This document shows, one piece after another, positions 47,894-57,086 of a DNA stretch of 64,000 bases. Every line of letters begins with the position of its first letter. The stretch's first letter is position 1. The notes under the pieces are model-generated. The model worked only from the letters and a program-made list of their open reading frames with translations, was not told the DNA's origin and did not search any database. The position numbers were made by a program, and so were the translations under genes. The DNA is taken from positions 31,938 to 95,937 of the forward strand of contig CAYNSQ010000001.1 of NCBI GenBank assembly GCA_964400155.1, read 5' to 3'. The stretch comes from an uncultured Candidatus Saccharibacteria bacterium. Lineage in GTDB: Bacteria > Patescibacteriota > Saccharimonadia > Saccharimonadales > UBA10212.

Positions 47894-48427
47894 ATGCAAG
47901 AACAACTTAAGGGTGTGGCTTGGGCGCTAGGTCTTTGGGGGGCTTTATCAGTAATCTTCGGTACGCTAATTGTGGCGTGGCCAGGCATAACACTAAAAGT
48001 TTTCCTGCTTATACTTGGGATTTATCTGTTAGCGAGTGGGGCTGTTTTGGCAGTTGGATCAATAATTAGACGGAACGGGCATTGGGTTGGTGGAATACTT
48101 ATGGGAGCCTTGAGCGTAATTGCTGGCCTATACGTATTCGCGCATCCGCAAATTAGCGGTTTGGTGGTTCTGACACTTATTGCAATCTGGTCTATCGCTA
48201 TTGGCGCGTTACAAATTGTGGCAGGTCTAGAAGGTAACAATAACTGGTGGATGGTTGCCTCGGGCGTTATATACACTCTATTTGGATTGTATATCTTCGC
48301 TAACCCTGCAGGAGGAGCTATAGCGCTAGTATGGTTAATCGGCTTAACTGTTATAGCTGGCGGAATTGTCTCAATCGTCGGTGCTTTTAAAGTAAATTCG
48401 ATGGAAAATACCCTAAAACGAGCGTAA
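47894..48427 (+). CDS. HdeD/DUF308 family membrane protein
   Basis: Repeated GxLxxxxG..WP/HP/NP hairpin units; ATG 47894 after AAGGGAG. Confidence 0.85.
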   Translation: MQEQLKGVAWALGLWGALSVIFGTLIVAWPGITLKVFLLILGIYLLASGAVLAVGSIIRRNGHWVGGILMGALSVIAGLYVFAHPQISGLVVLTLIAIWSIAIGALQIVAGLEGNNNWWMVASGVIYTLFGLYIFANPAGGAIALVWLIGLTVIAGGIVSIVGAFKVNSMENTLKRA

Positions 48428-48447
48428 TCACAAAATTAATATTTATA

Positions 48448-48482
48448 AAATATCCTGTCAGTGTTGGCAGGGTATTTTTTTA
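48448..48482 (+). terminator. Intrinsic terminator
   Basis: AAAATATCCTGTCA-GTGT-TGGCAGGGTATTTTTTT. Confidence 0.8.
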
Positions 48483-48646
48483 GTTTGACTGCGCTTATGT
48501 TTTAAAATAATCTTTACAGTTTGTAATCTTTGCTTTATTATCAACTTATTAAGGTGTTCTTAGCACCTTGGAGGGCTACTCTTGGATTACCCAGGGGTGG
48601 CTTATTTTATTAACAAACAGGTGGGAACAATAGGAGTACAAGGTTC

Positions 48647-49153
48647 ATGAAAAAATTATTAGTAGCGGTAAGCGCATCAGTACTTAGCTTAGCATTCGTT
48701 CCAGCTGCTGTTATGGCAGAGGACTGTAGCATTTCAGGTACTGGCCCAGGGTCAAGCAACGAGTGTGTCGTTGAAAACACACAAGAATGTAATGTTGTTA
48801 ACAATAACGATGTAAATGTTGATAACAACAATAACCAGGACTCAACGAGTGGTGATGCCGGAACAGGCAACAACACTACTGGCGGTGATGCAAATAGTGG
48901 CAATGCAGACAATAACAACGAAACTGATGTTGATATCGACATTGATAATGACGGATGTGTATCAGAAGAAACTTCTACTCCAACTGAGGGCGGAAAAGGC
49001 GGTGGTACAACTACAACCCCACAGGTTGAAGCCGCAACAACCACACTCCCTGACACTGGTGCTGAAATGGTAGCAGTTAGCTTAGCAACAGCAGTCGTTC
49101 TTGGTACTGCCTCAGCAATCGCTACTAAGAAATTTGTCAGTGACGAAAACTAA
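48647..49153 (+). CDS. Secreted Asn/Gly/Asp-rich protein with LPXTG-like C-terminal sorting signal
   Basis: Signal peptide ending AMA; repeats such as TSGDA and NTTGGDANSGNA; four Cys; LPDTG + hydrophobic helix + KK. Confidence 0.8.
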   Translation: MKKLLVAVSASVLSLAFVPAAVMAEDCSISGTGPGSSNECVVENTQECNVVNNNDVNVDNNNNQDSTSGDAGTGNNTTGGDANSGNADNNNETDVDIDIDNDGCVSEETSTPTEGGKGGGTTTTPQVEAATTTLPDTGAEMVAVSLATAVVLGTASAIATKKFVSDEN

Positions 49154-49183
49154 ACACAATAATTAGTTAGTTTTTTATAAATT

Positions 49184-49219
49184 AAGAACTCGGTGGTAAT
49201 TTAGCCGAGTTCTTTTTTT
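49184..49219 (+). terminator. Intrinsic terminator
   Basis: AAGAACTCGG...CCGAGTTCTTTTTTT. Confidence 0.88.
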
Positions 49220-49248
49220 GTTAGTGGTTCATCTCTATAATATAATAC

Positions 49249-49899
49249 GTGAAATTTATTAAAACTAACTCACCTGATGATGCTGCATGTTTTGTAGCTG
49301 ATTTAATAAGTTCTAAAATTTCAAATGACAAGAAAGTACTGTGGTTAGTGCCGGGTGGTTCTGCCTTAACCGTAGCAGTTAAGGCTTCACAAGCTATACA
49401 TGGGGTAGATAGTAATTTATTCATTACTCTTACGGACGAAAGACCAGGTCCGGTAGGACATAAAGATTCTAACTGGCAACAACTTAAAGAAGCAGGTTTT
49501 AACTATTTAACTCGTGAGTATTACGAAGTTTTACAAAATCAAGACACATTACAAGAAACCACGGCTTTTGCCGCCTGGTTGGGACACTTTTTTACCAGTG
49601 TTGATTTTAAAATCGGACTATTTGGAATTGGTTCGGATGGTCATACGGCAGGCATCTTACCTGGGCAGACATCACCCCGCGGAGCTTTAGCTGCTTATTA
49701 TAAAGAAGAAAACAGGGAAAGGATTAGTGTTACACCTTATTTAATCACACAGCTCGACCTAGCAGTTGTCTATGCATTAGGTCTAGATAAAAAACCAATG
49801 CTTGAGTTACTTGCAAATAATACTCCAAATGATCTTCCGCTTTCTAATTTAAAAGCAGCCGGTGAGCTTATCATATATAATGACCAGATAGAATTATGA
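49249..49899 (+). CDS. pgl: 6-phosphogluconolactonase family protein
   Basis: PGGS, TDER, SN, GIGSDGHTAGI, RIS; ATGA-coupled to gnd. Confidence 0.8.
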   Translation: MKFIKTNSPDDAACFVADLISSKISNDKKVLWLVPGGSALTVAVKASQAIHGVDSNLFITLTDERPGPVGHKDSNWQQLKEAGFNYLTREYYEVLQNQDTLQETTAFAAWLGHFFTSVDFKIGLFGIGSDGHTAGILPGQTSPRGALAAYYKEENRERISVTPYLITQLDLAVVYALGLDKKPMLELLANNTPNDLPLSNLKAAGELIIYNDQIEL

Positions 49900-50795
49900 A
49901 AATTGCTATACATGGACTTGGACGAATGGGGCAACAAATTGCCCAGAAATTAGCCGAAAACGGTCACGTAGTCGTTGCCCACAACAGAAGCAAAGAACCA
50001 ATTGAAGAAGCATCTAAATTTGGAGCAAAGCCGGCTTACATTAAAGAAGATGTGCTTTCTTCTTTTAGCGAACAACAGTTCGTCATGTGGTTAATGCTTC
50101 CTGCAGATGTTGTAGATGATGAACTCAATGAATGGTTGAGTCTAGCGCCGAAAGACAGTTTATTTATTGACGGTGGAAACTCAGATTACAGAAACACTCA
50201 GAAAAGGTCAGGGTTAGTTGCTGAAAAAGGTTCAACTTTACTTGACGTAGGTACCAGTGGAGGCGTTTGGGGATATAAGAACGGCTTTTCAATGATGGCA
50301 GGGGGCGATGAAACAGGATTCAAGTCAATTGAACCAGTTCTTCAGACCCTCGCCCAACCAAATGGTGGTTATCAGTATTTTGGCGCTTCAGGCAGTGGGC
50401 ATTTTGTAAAGATGGTTCATAACGCTATAGAATACGGCATGATGGAATCCCTAGCCGAAGGCTATCGAATTTTAAAAGAAGGTCCTTATAAAGACATAGA
50501 CCTGGCAAAAGCTGGAGACGTCTGGCAACAGAGTAGTGTTGTAACATCTTGGTTGAATGACCTCACTCGCCAGGTATTGCATGAAAATCCAGAGTTAGAA
50601 GGAATTGAAGGAGTTGTTGCCGAGTCAGGTGAAGCAAGATGGACTTTAGAAACAGCTAAAGAGTTAAATATACCGATGCCTGCAATCCAAACATCATTTG
50701 ACGTACGCCTCGCCAGCCAAAAAGGGGATACTAGTTTTACTACTAAATTACTGGCTGCCATGCGCAATAAGTTTGGTGGACATAAACTATACTAA
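49896..50795 (+). CDS. gnd: 6-phosphogluconate dehydrogenase (short decarboxylating type)
   Basis: GLGRMG, IDGGNS, DVGTSGG, GHFVKMVHNAIEYG, SGEARWT, RNKFGGH. Confidence 0.96.
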   Translation: MKIAIHGLGRMGQQIAQKLAENGHVVVAHNRSKEPIEEASKFGAKPAYIKEDVLSSFSEQQFVMWLMLPADVVDDELNEWLSLAPKDSLFIDGGNSDYRNTQKRSGLVAEKGSTLLDVGTSGGVWGYKNGFSMMAGGDETGFKSIEPVLQTLAQPNGGYQYFGASGSGHFVKMVHNAIEYGMMESLAEGYRILKEGPYKDIDLAKAGDVWQQSSVVTSWLNDLTRQVLHENPELEGIEGVVAESGEARWTLETAKELNIPMPAIQTSFDVRLASQKGDTSFTTKLLAAMRNKFGGHKLY

Positions 50796-50860
50796 AACCA
50801 AATTTGCATTATTTGCACAGAAGTACTAAAATTTATTTAAACTAAGGAGTTAGGAGACAT

Positions 50861-51496
50861 ATGCAAGAGGTTATTGTTGCGCTTTTTGCACTAGGCATAG
50901 GCTTTTTATTTAGTTTCTATGGCTACAAAGCCATGAGACTACTTTTACCTTTGTGGGGTCTAGTGGCAGGTTATTGGTTGGGTGCAGAATTAGTAAACGT
51001 TATAACAGGTGATGGGTTCTTTGGAACAGCGCTTTCCATTGCTGTAGGTGTTGTATTTGCATTAGTAGGTGCAGTTCTTGCTTACTTATTTTATGCAGCC
51101 GCAATTGTAATATTTATGGGAATGATAGGATACTGGTTGGGTGCAGGTCTATTGATAGCTGTTGGTGTTGACCCTGGTTTTCTAACAGTACTTGTTGGCA
51201 TTATTGTTGGACTGGCTCTAGCTGGCTTTAGCTTAAGAGTAAGAGCACCAAAATACTTCTTATTGTTCTTTACAGCCCTTGCCGGAGCAGCACTAATGGT
51301 ATGCGGTTTGTTACTACTCGGAAATGTTGTTGATTTACCAACTCTAAAAGAAGGTCCAATCAACCTAGTTACCGAACAATCTTGGATATGGCAGTTACTG
51401 TGGTTAGGAGTAGCTGCAGTCGGATTAACTACTCAATTAGTAAATAGTGAAAAAGAAGAAGTCCTATGGCTTAAGGAATGGGAAGTAGGTAAATAA
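50861..51496 (+). CDS. DUF4203 (TM7S3/TM198-like) membrane protein
   Basis: FYGYKAMRLLLPLWGLVAG N-terminus; Gly-rich TM helices; TALAGA. Confidence 0.75.
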   Translation: MQEVIVALFALGIGFLFSFYGYKAMRLLLPLWGLVAGYWLGAELVNVITGDGFFGTALSIAVGVVFALVGAVLAYLFYAAAIVIFMGMIGYWLGAGLLIAVGVDPGFLTVLVGIIVGLALAGFSLRVRAPKYFLLFFTALAGAALMVCGLLLLGNVVDLPTLKEGPINLVTEQSWIWQLLWLGVAAVGLTTQLVNSEKEEVLWLKEWEVGK

Positions 51497-51497
51497 T

Positions 51498-52109
51498 ATG
51501 GCAAAGAAAACCACACATCACTTACATAGTGAAATTAATTTTGGAAAGGTCGTACCCGACCCTAAACTTAGCAATGATACTTGGTGGCTTTGGCTGATAA
51601 GGGGAATTGCACTGCTTGCATTCGGTTCCGTTGCACTTTTCTGGCCAGGAATAACATTATACGTACTTGCTTTTTTGTTTAGCTTATACATTGTTATTTC
51701 AGGTATTGTAGATGTAATTGTAGGACTCAGAAGTTTAGGGCATGGCGGATCATGGTTCTTAAAGGCACTGTGGGGTATAGCTCAAATTGGTGTTGGCGTG
51801 TATATCATCAACCATGGTCAAACAATATTAATAGCAACATTCATTCTACTAATGGGCCTATCCTTCATATTTCAGGGAATAGTAGAACTAGTGGCATACT
51901 TTAAATCCTCAACTGATGTAGGATCTCGTGGTTGGTTAATTTTTGGTGGTATTTTAAGCCTCATTGCCGGCATTGTTATTCTACGCCAACCAGCCGTAGG
52001 CGGATTAGCGTTTGTCTGGATACTTGGTTTTTACGGAATCCTAGGAGGTGCTACAAGTATTGCAGTTGCACTTGGTCTTCGCGGTGGCAATAACAGATTG
52101 GCTGTTTGA
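51498..52109 (+). CDS. HdeD/DUF308 family membrane protein
   Basis: WWLWLIRGIALLAFGSVALFWPG; GILSLIAG...QP. Confidence 0.88.
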   Translation: MAKKTTHHLHSEINFGKVVPDPKLSNDTWWLWLIRGIALLAFGSVALFWPGITLYVLAFLFSLYIVISGIVDVIVGLRSLGHGGSWFLKALWGIAQIGVGVYIINHGQTILIATFILLMGLSFIFQGIVELVAYFKSSTDVGSRGWLIFGGILSLIAGIVILRQPAVGGLAFVWILGFYGILGGATSIAVALGLRGGNNRLAV

Positions 52110-52118
52110 GAATATTAA

Positions 52119-52442
52119 ATGGTGGGTCGAATGAATCGTAATTCACAATTAGTAGCAGCAGCCATTATGCTTGCTATTTGGCTTGGTATTGGTACTGTAG
52201 TTTTTCATCATCTTGAAAAATGGACCTGGATACAATCACTTTATTTTTCAACCACTACACTAACTACTATAGGCTATGGCGACTTACATCCTACAACTGA
52301 CTTAAGCAGACTGGTTGATGTTTTTTACATGATTACAGGTGTCATCACAGTGTTATCTGCATTTACTATAATTGGTACTACAAGACTTGAAGTAAGAGCC
52401 AAGCAAATTGAGCAACGCCGAGAAAAAGACCCCAAAAGTTAA
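52119..52442 (+). CDS. Pore-only potassium channel (Ion_trans_2)
   Basis: WTWIQSLYFSTTTLTTIGYGDLHP filter flanked by two TM helices. Confidence 0.92.
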   Translation: MVGRMNRNSQLVAAAIMLAIWLGIGTVVFHHLEKWTWIQSLYFSTTTLTTIGYGDLHPTTDLSRLVDVFYMITGVITVLSAFTIIGTTRLEVRAKQIEQRREKDPKS

Positions 52443-52485
52443 ATAAAAAACTTAGATCTGAAATTGATAAAAAATATACTTTAGA

Positions 52486-53766
52486 CTACTTTTTAGTTTT
52501 CGTATTGCTGGCAAGTAATTCTATGCCTGCAAGTAGCAACAGCGCAAGGCTAGCAAATACTAAAATCCTAGTTGGAGTTAACTGAACTCTTAACATCACT
52601 ACGGTTAGTAGGAGCAAGCCAAAGACACGTAGAGCATGTTTTGTCTTACCGACCCATAAAGTAATGCTATTTTCTTTACTAAAAAGCGCACTGTGGGCTT
52701 TACCCTGGAAAAGTAATTGAAGTCTATCTCGCAAGTTTGTAGCAACTTTTGTTGGACCGCTTAAGAAGGCAGCTAGGAACACCACTAATGACAAAGTCAT
52801 TATAGTTACACTTTGTAATACAAATGGTTGGAAGATGATTCCTGCCGCACTACGAGCAGCCGATTGATATTCCGGCATTACATTATTTGCAATTAATGCA
52901 GTAGCTATGCGCAGACCTAGCAGAGTTACCAGCATCAACACAGCAAACATAACACTAAGAATTATCAACATTCTTCGTTTGTTATGTGACAACCAAATCG
53001 CACCAGCACTTAATACGACAATTAGACCGAGACTTAAATACTTAAATGTATTAATATTGCTACTAATAAAATGAAGTGCTTTTAGTTTGTTAGATTCTAA
53101 TATTGTGATTTGACCCACTTTGTCAGGTAATTTTTTGCCTGACAATAAGCTTAGCTTTGTGTCTTCTAGGTTAGATGTCAACTGCTGAAAAACTTCGTTT
53201 AAGTTTATTACTCCATCTTGACCCTGCGGCGAGTTAGCTAATTTTAAAAGATCATCATGAGCTTTTACATTAACCTTTATCCATACGCTTTGAAATTTTT
53301 CTGATGCCAGTATTTTGTTTATTGACTCCTGAGTAAATGTCTTAAGTCTTGTAGTTAATGTCGGAGCCAAGAAGTCTGCCTTGGGTGGTAAGACACTGGT
53401 TATTATTCCTTCAACATCATTGTTATCAAATATCCGGTTTGTAGTGTAGAAAGATAATGCTTGCTGGATTTCTGGGTCCTTTATTAGATTGGTCGTAACT
53501 TTTTGGTATTGTTGAGAGTCAACTACTGTGCGAGCACCCCAAAAAAGGGTGTTACAAACTAGTAATAATGCACCGGCGAAACCAGCTAAAAGTACAATCG
53601 CAAGTGCCCGCCAAGTCTTCCCGAAAGCACCATTCTTATCTATGGATTCAGAATCAACAGCTAGTTTATGCTTTAGTTTTTTATTTTCGGTTTTTAGGGC
53701 TTGGTTGTTCTTTTTTAGCTTATCCATTTGTGACTCTTTTCTGGACTTAGTATAATTGTTTGCCAT
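52486..53766 (-). CDS. Hypothetical membrane protein with large extracytoplasmic domain
   Basis: N-terminal coiled coil, TM helix, ~170-aa loop (FQSVWIKVNVKAH), five further TM helices. Confidence 0.8.
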   Translation of the reverse strand: MANNYTKSRKESQMDKLKKNNQALKTENKKLKHKLAVDSESIDKNGAFGKTWRALAIVLLAGFAGALLLVCNTLFWGARTVVDSQQYQKVTTNLIKDPEIQQALSFYTTNRIFDNNDVEGIITSVLPPKADFLAPTLTTRLKTFTQESINKILASEKFQSVWIKVNVKAHDDLLKLANSPQGQDGVINLNEVFQQLTSNLEDTKLSLLSGKKLPDKVGQITILESNKLKALHFISSNINTFKYLSLGLIVVLSAGAIWLSHNKRRMLIILSVMFAVLMLVTLLGLRIATALIANNVMPEYQSAARSAAGIIFQPFVLQSVTIMTLSLVVFLAAFLSGPTKVATNLRDRLQLLFQGKAHSALFSKENSITLWVGKTKHALRVFGLLLLTVVMLRVQLTPTRILVFASLALLLLAGIELLASNTKTKK

Positions 53767-53778
53767 GTTAATTGTATC

Positions 53779-54882
53779 CTAATCCTTAGCTATTCTTTTG
53801 TTAACTATAAGTTGTTTAACGCTACTTGATTTTTCAACCTCTAGGTATGTAAGGATTGTCGTCACCAGAACTATCATAATAACCGGACCTATTATAATAC
53901 CTAAAAAGCCAAACATTGCTACTCCTGCAAAAACGCTAAGTATAGTTAGTGCTGAATTTAATTTAGCGTCTTTTGGTACTAGTTTAGGCCGCACAATATT
54001 ATCTATATTAGTAACTACAAGTAAGTGGTTAAGGATGACTACAATACCTTGCCATACATTTCCTGTAAGTATTAGTGCTACACCAAGTGGTAAGGTGATA
54101 ATTCCCGCACCTAATGGTATTAGAGACAAAAATGTCAAAAAGATTAGAAAAAAACTAAATAAACTATGAAATCCAACTAGGTATAGAACAATAGCACTTT
54201 CGGCTCCCTGCATAAAAGCAATAATAAATTGTCCTTTTGTCATTGCCTTAGTCATAGAACCCATCTTATTTAAATATGTGTCGCTCATATCACGCCCTAG
54301 TGGGTTAAGTTTTTTGATTACATTTATCAGTGCGTCTTGATGCATTAAAATGTTTACGAATATATATATGTAGATAATGCCATTTGTAATAATTTTAGTA
54401 ACGTTACCAATTGTTCCAGCAATAATATCTACAATGTTGCCCGCAAGTGTTGAAATAGCGTTGTTAACAGCTGTATTTACTTCTTCTGTAGTAATCTGAT
54501 GATCTCCAGGAAGACTAGCCAGCAATTTATTAACAGCATCAAGCGCCGATTGCCCAAAACTACCTAACTCCGAGGTCGGATTAGTCGATAAATCACCTAG
54601 CAAGTTTTTTATTTGCAGATAAGTAATCAATAATATTATTGCAAGAGGAACAACAATAACTAAAGTACTTACAAGGAAAGTCAAAGAAGCTGAAAATCCT
54701 TGACGGCCTTTACCATAACGATTTACAAACCTCTGATGAATTGGGTTGAACAAGAAAGCCATGATTGCTGCTAGAACAATTACACCAATGTAACCTCTTA
54801 AAAAATATGCCCCAAAGGCTATTGCTGCAACAATGGCGTAGTTCCAAGCTCTGTATTGTTTAGCGTTAACCAAAAGTTTCAT
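53779..54882 (-). CDS. AI-2E family transporter
   Basis: AFLFNP, LSLIPLG, IDNIVRPKLV, FGFLGIIIGP. Confidence 0.92.
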   Translation of the reverse strand: MKLLVNAKQYRAWNYAIVAAIAFGAYFLRGYIGVIVLAAIMAFLFNPIHQRFVNRYGKGRQGFSASLTFLVSTLVIVVPLAIILLITYLQIKNLLGDLSTNPTSELGSFGQSALDAVNKLLASLPGDHQITTEEVNTAVNNAISTLAGNIVDIIAGTIGNVTKIITNGIIYIYIFVNILMHQDALINVIKKLNPLGRDMSDTYLNKMGSMTKAMTKGQFIIAFMQGAESAIVLYLVGFHSLFSFFLIFLTFLSLIPLGAGIITLPLGVALILTGNVWQGIVVILNHLLVVTNIDNIVRPKLVPKDAKLNSALTILSVFAGVAMFGFLGIIIGPVIMIVLVTTILTYLEVEKSSSVKQLIVNKRIAKD

Positions 54883-54943
54883 AATTTTTACATATTATAC
54901 ATTAATTTAAGTTTTTTAGCTAGCTTTTCTATGGTTATAGTGT

Positions 54944-55645
54944 TCATATAACATCAGCAATACTGTGAAGTATAAAGAATATCCCAATTGCCAATAATCC
55001 AATAGTTATAGCTAGATCAATATTCCTACTTAGTAATTTATCAATTTGTTTATCTAGTAGGTCTAACATGTCATGTTTGAAGAAGTAATAGTAAAGAATT
55101 ATTAGAAAAGGCACGAGACCAATTAATATAACCCAGATCACAGCAAGAGTCGAAAATGGTTGTGGAATCGAATGAACAGCTAAGAACTTGGCAAGTGCTA
55201 GAATCGCAAATATGTTAGTTACACTTAAGATTGACTTAAAGAATGCAAAACTAAATAGTGCCGATAATTTATCTGGCGGTTTTTTAGAAATTAACGATGA
55301 TGTTTTTTTTGGAGTCCCGTGTAACTTTGTGTATCTCCATCTTTTAGTTGCTAAACTAACCAGCCATACTCCAAGTACTAGATCTACTAGGGGCGGTACT
55401 TTTATTTTTTCAGCAATTCCTTTAATTGAAAATTCCGAAGTCGGATCTAAAAATAGAGCTGCCAGTACAGCAATTATTATCAATGGAAGCGCCATGCCAG
55501 CCATCAAAATAGTTGTTCTTAAAATAGGTCTTTCTGATTTTAGAACAACCAGCACATTAACTAAAACTATCATTGGACTGAATGCTATTAGCAGTCCAAG
55601 CATTGTTATCAGCAGTATATTTAGTAAAAGGTAAAGTAAGTCCAT
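54944..55645 (-). CDS. GAP/Sap (LysE-superfamily) membrane protein
   Basis: GLLIAFSP N-terminal motif, ~6 TM helices, DLVLGVWL. Confidence 0.6.
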   Translation of the reverse strand: MDLLYLLLNILLITMLGLLIAFSPMIVLVNVLVVLKSERPILRTTILMAGMALPLIIIAVLAALFLDPTSEFSIKGIAEKIKVPPLVDLVLGVWLVSLATKRWRYTKLHGTPKKTSSLISKKPPDKLSALFSFAFFKSILSVTNIFAILALAKFLAVHSIPQPFSTLAVIWVILIGLVPFLIILYYYFFKHDMLDLLDKQIDKLLSRNIDLAITIGLLAIGIFFILHSIADVI

Positions 55646-55706
55646 TAAAGATTGTTTCCCCTTGCTAACTACATTATATAGATAATTCTAAAGTTAAGTT
55701 AAACGA

Positions 55707-55738
55707 ATAAACCCGCAATGTTAGCATTGCGGGTTTAT
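55707..55738. terminator. Perfect 14-bp hairpin, likely terminator of the 56919-55759 minus-strand genes
   Basis: ATAAACCCGCAATG-TTAG-CATTGCGGGTTTAT. Confidence 0.85.
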
Positions 55739-55758
55739 GAGATTTTTTAGTTTTTCTT

Positions 55759-56163
55759 TTATTCTTCTCGGAGTTCGCCACCATGGACGGTTACTGCCCA
55801 GATAACCAATAGGTCAATTACGATAATCATAATTGACCAGAATGGATACACTGGAACAAATGCCATGTTGGCAACAGCGCTAAGAAAAGCTACTAAGACA
55901 GCTACAATCCTACCGTACATATGACCGGCCATTAGTGAACCTGCAGCTAGAATTGCTAGTAGACCTAGAATCATATGAGCCCAACCCCACTGCGTATAGT
56001 CGAGAACCCATACTGAATTTGTTGCTGCATGATAGACGACTTCGTCTTTAAACAATGCTACAAAGCCAGCAATCAAAGCGAAAGTTCCGCCAAGAAGTAG
56101 CATAAAACTCGCAAAGCCGACCCAGCCGACCCAACCAGTTACCTCTTTATTATTTTTTGCCAT
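55759..56163 (-). CDS. DUF7144-like 4-TM membrane protein
   Basis: GWVGFASFMLLLGG...WGWAHMILG...PVYPFWS...VIWAV, as in remembered actinobacterial family. Confidence 0.75.
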   Translation of the reverse strand: MAKNNKEVTGWVGWVGFASFMLLLGGTFALIAGFVALFKDEVVYHAATNSVWVLDYTQWGWAHMILGLLAILAAGSLMAGHMYGRIVAVLVAFLSAVANMAFVPVYPFWSIMIIVIDLLVIWAVTVHGGELREE

Positions 56164-56238
56164 AACACCTCCTGATTAATTTATCCTAAACTGATTATCT
56201 TCCCAAACATTCTAGGTGTCAATAATTTTTTTACTTTG

Positions 56239-56496
56239 TTACAATCCAAGAATTTGCTTTTTCTTGGCGTCAAATTCTTCTTGAGTTAGGATGCCTTGTT
56301 CCTTTAACTGACCCAACTTCTCGAGTTCGGCAAATTGATCAGTGGATGATGTTTCTTGTTGCTCTGGAGCTGGTGCTTGAGCTTGTTCTTGCTCAGCCCA
56401 ACGGTTAGCTTGTCTACGACTGACATTGTTAGAAACATGTGTAGCTGTACCTGCAATTACTGCGGTTCTTGCAACTCCTCTTAATAATCCTGGCAT
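56239..56496 (-). CDS. SHOCT domain protein
   Basis: C-terminal LEKLGQLKEQGILTQEEFDAKKKQILG; N-terminal MPGLLRGVARTAVIAGTAT. Confidence 0.92.
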   Translation of the reverse strand: MPGLLRGVARTAVIAGTATHVSNNVSRRQANRWAEQEQAQAPAPEQQETSSTDQFAELEKLGQLKEQGILTQEEFDAKKKQILGL

Positions 56497-56499
56497 TTT

Positions 56500-56919
56500 T
56501 TATTCTCCTTTCTTTTCATTTATTTCGGCTGCAGCTTCTGGGTGAATGCGACCTTCGGCTATCAAAAATCCATTTGCATCAATTATTGCCTTTTTAAGCG
56601 GTTTTGCCCAAAGTTGTTCTATAACAAGTAGGCCTGCGGCAGTGTTGTTGTCAAGTAGTTCTCCAACTTCATCAATATCTTCTTTTGTAACTAAATCAGA
56701 ACTTGTCTTATACTTTGAGGTAAATTCTAAGACATATTCATCTCCCATATCTGCAATATCCATCGTGGTGACTGTTCCATTAGCGTCTTTAATAACCGCT
56801 GAGAGGGCAACTAGTCCAATTACGCCACTATCAATAGCCTGTCCAAGCGCCCTTAGAATACTACCGTCAAATTTATTGCCTTCGAAACCAACTACAATGT
56901 AATCAATTGGTCCAATCAT
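56500..56919 (-). CDS. DUF6325/DUF1269-like acidic protein
   Basis: MIGPIDYIVVGFEGNKFDGSI...EQLWA...GRI; family usually adjacent to the SHOCT gene. Confidence 0.8.
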   Translation of the reverse strand: MIGPIDYIVVGFEGNKFDGSILRALGQAIDSGVIGLVALSAVIKDANGTVTTMDIADMGDEYVLEFTSKYKTSSDLVTKEDIDEVGELLDNNTAAGLLVIEQLWAKPLKKAIIDANGFLIAEGRIHPEAAAEINEKKGE

Positions 56920-57086
56920 ACTTTCTCCTTTTTACTTTGTTTATACCTTCATTTGCTATTAAATAACACGAGCATTTTATAGCTTGCGTAATAGCATTGG
57001 TGTCTATATTGTAACAAGTTTTTCTTATAACTTAGGTTGGTTTTACATTTGCATATCTATTTGTGCTGATATAGGCTTATACTAAC

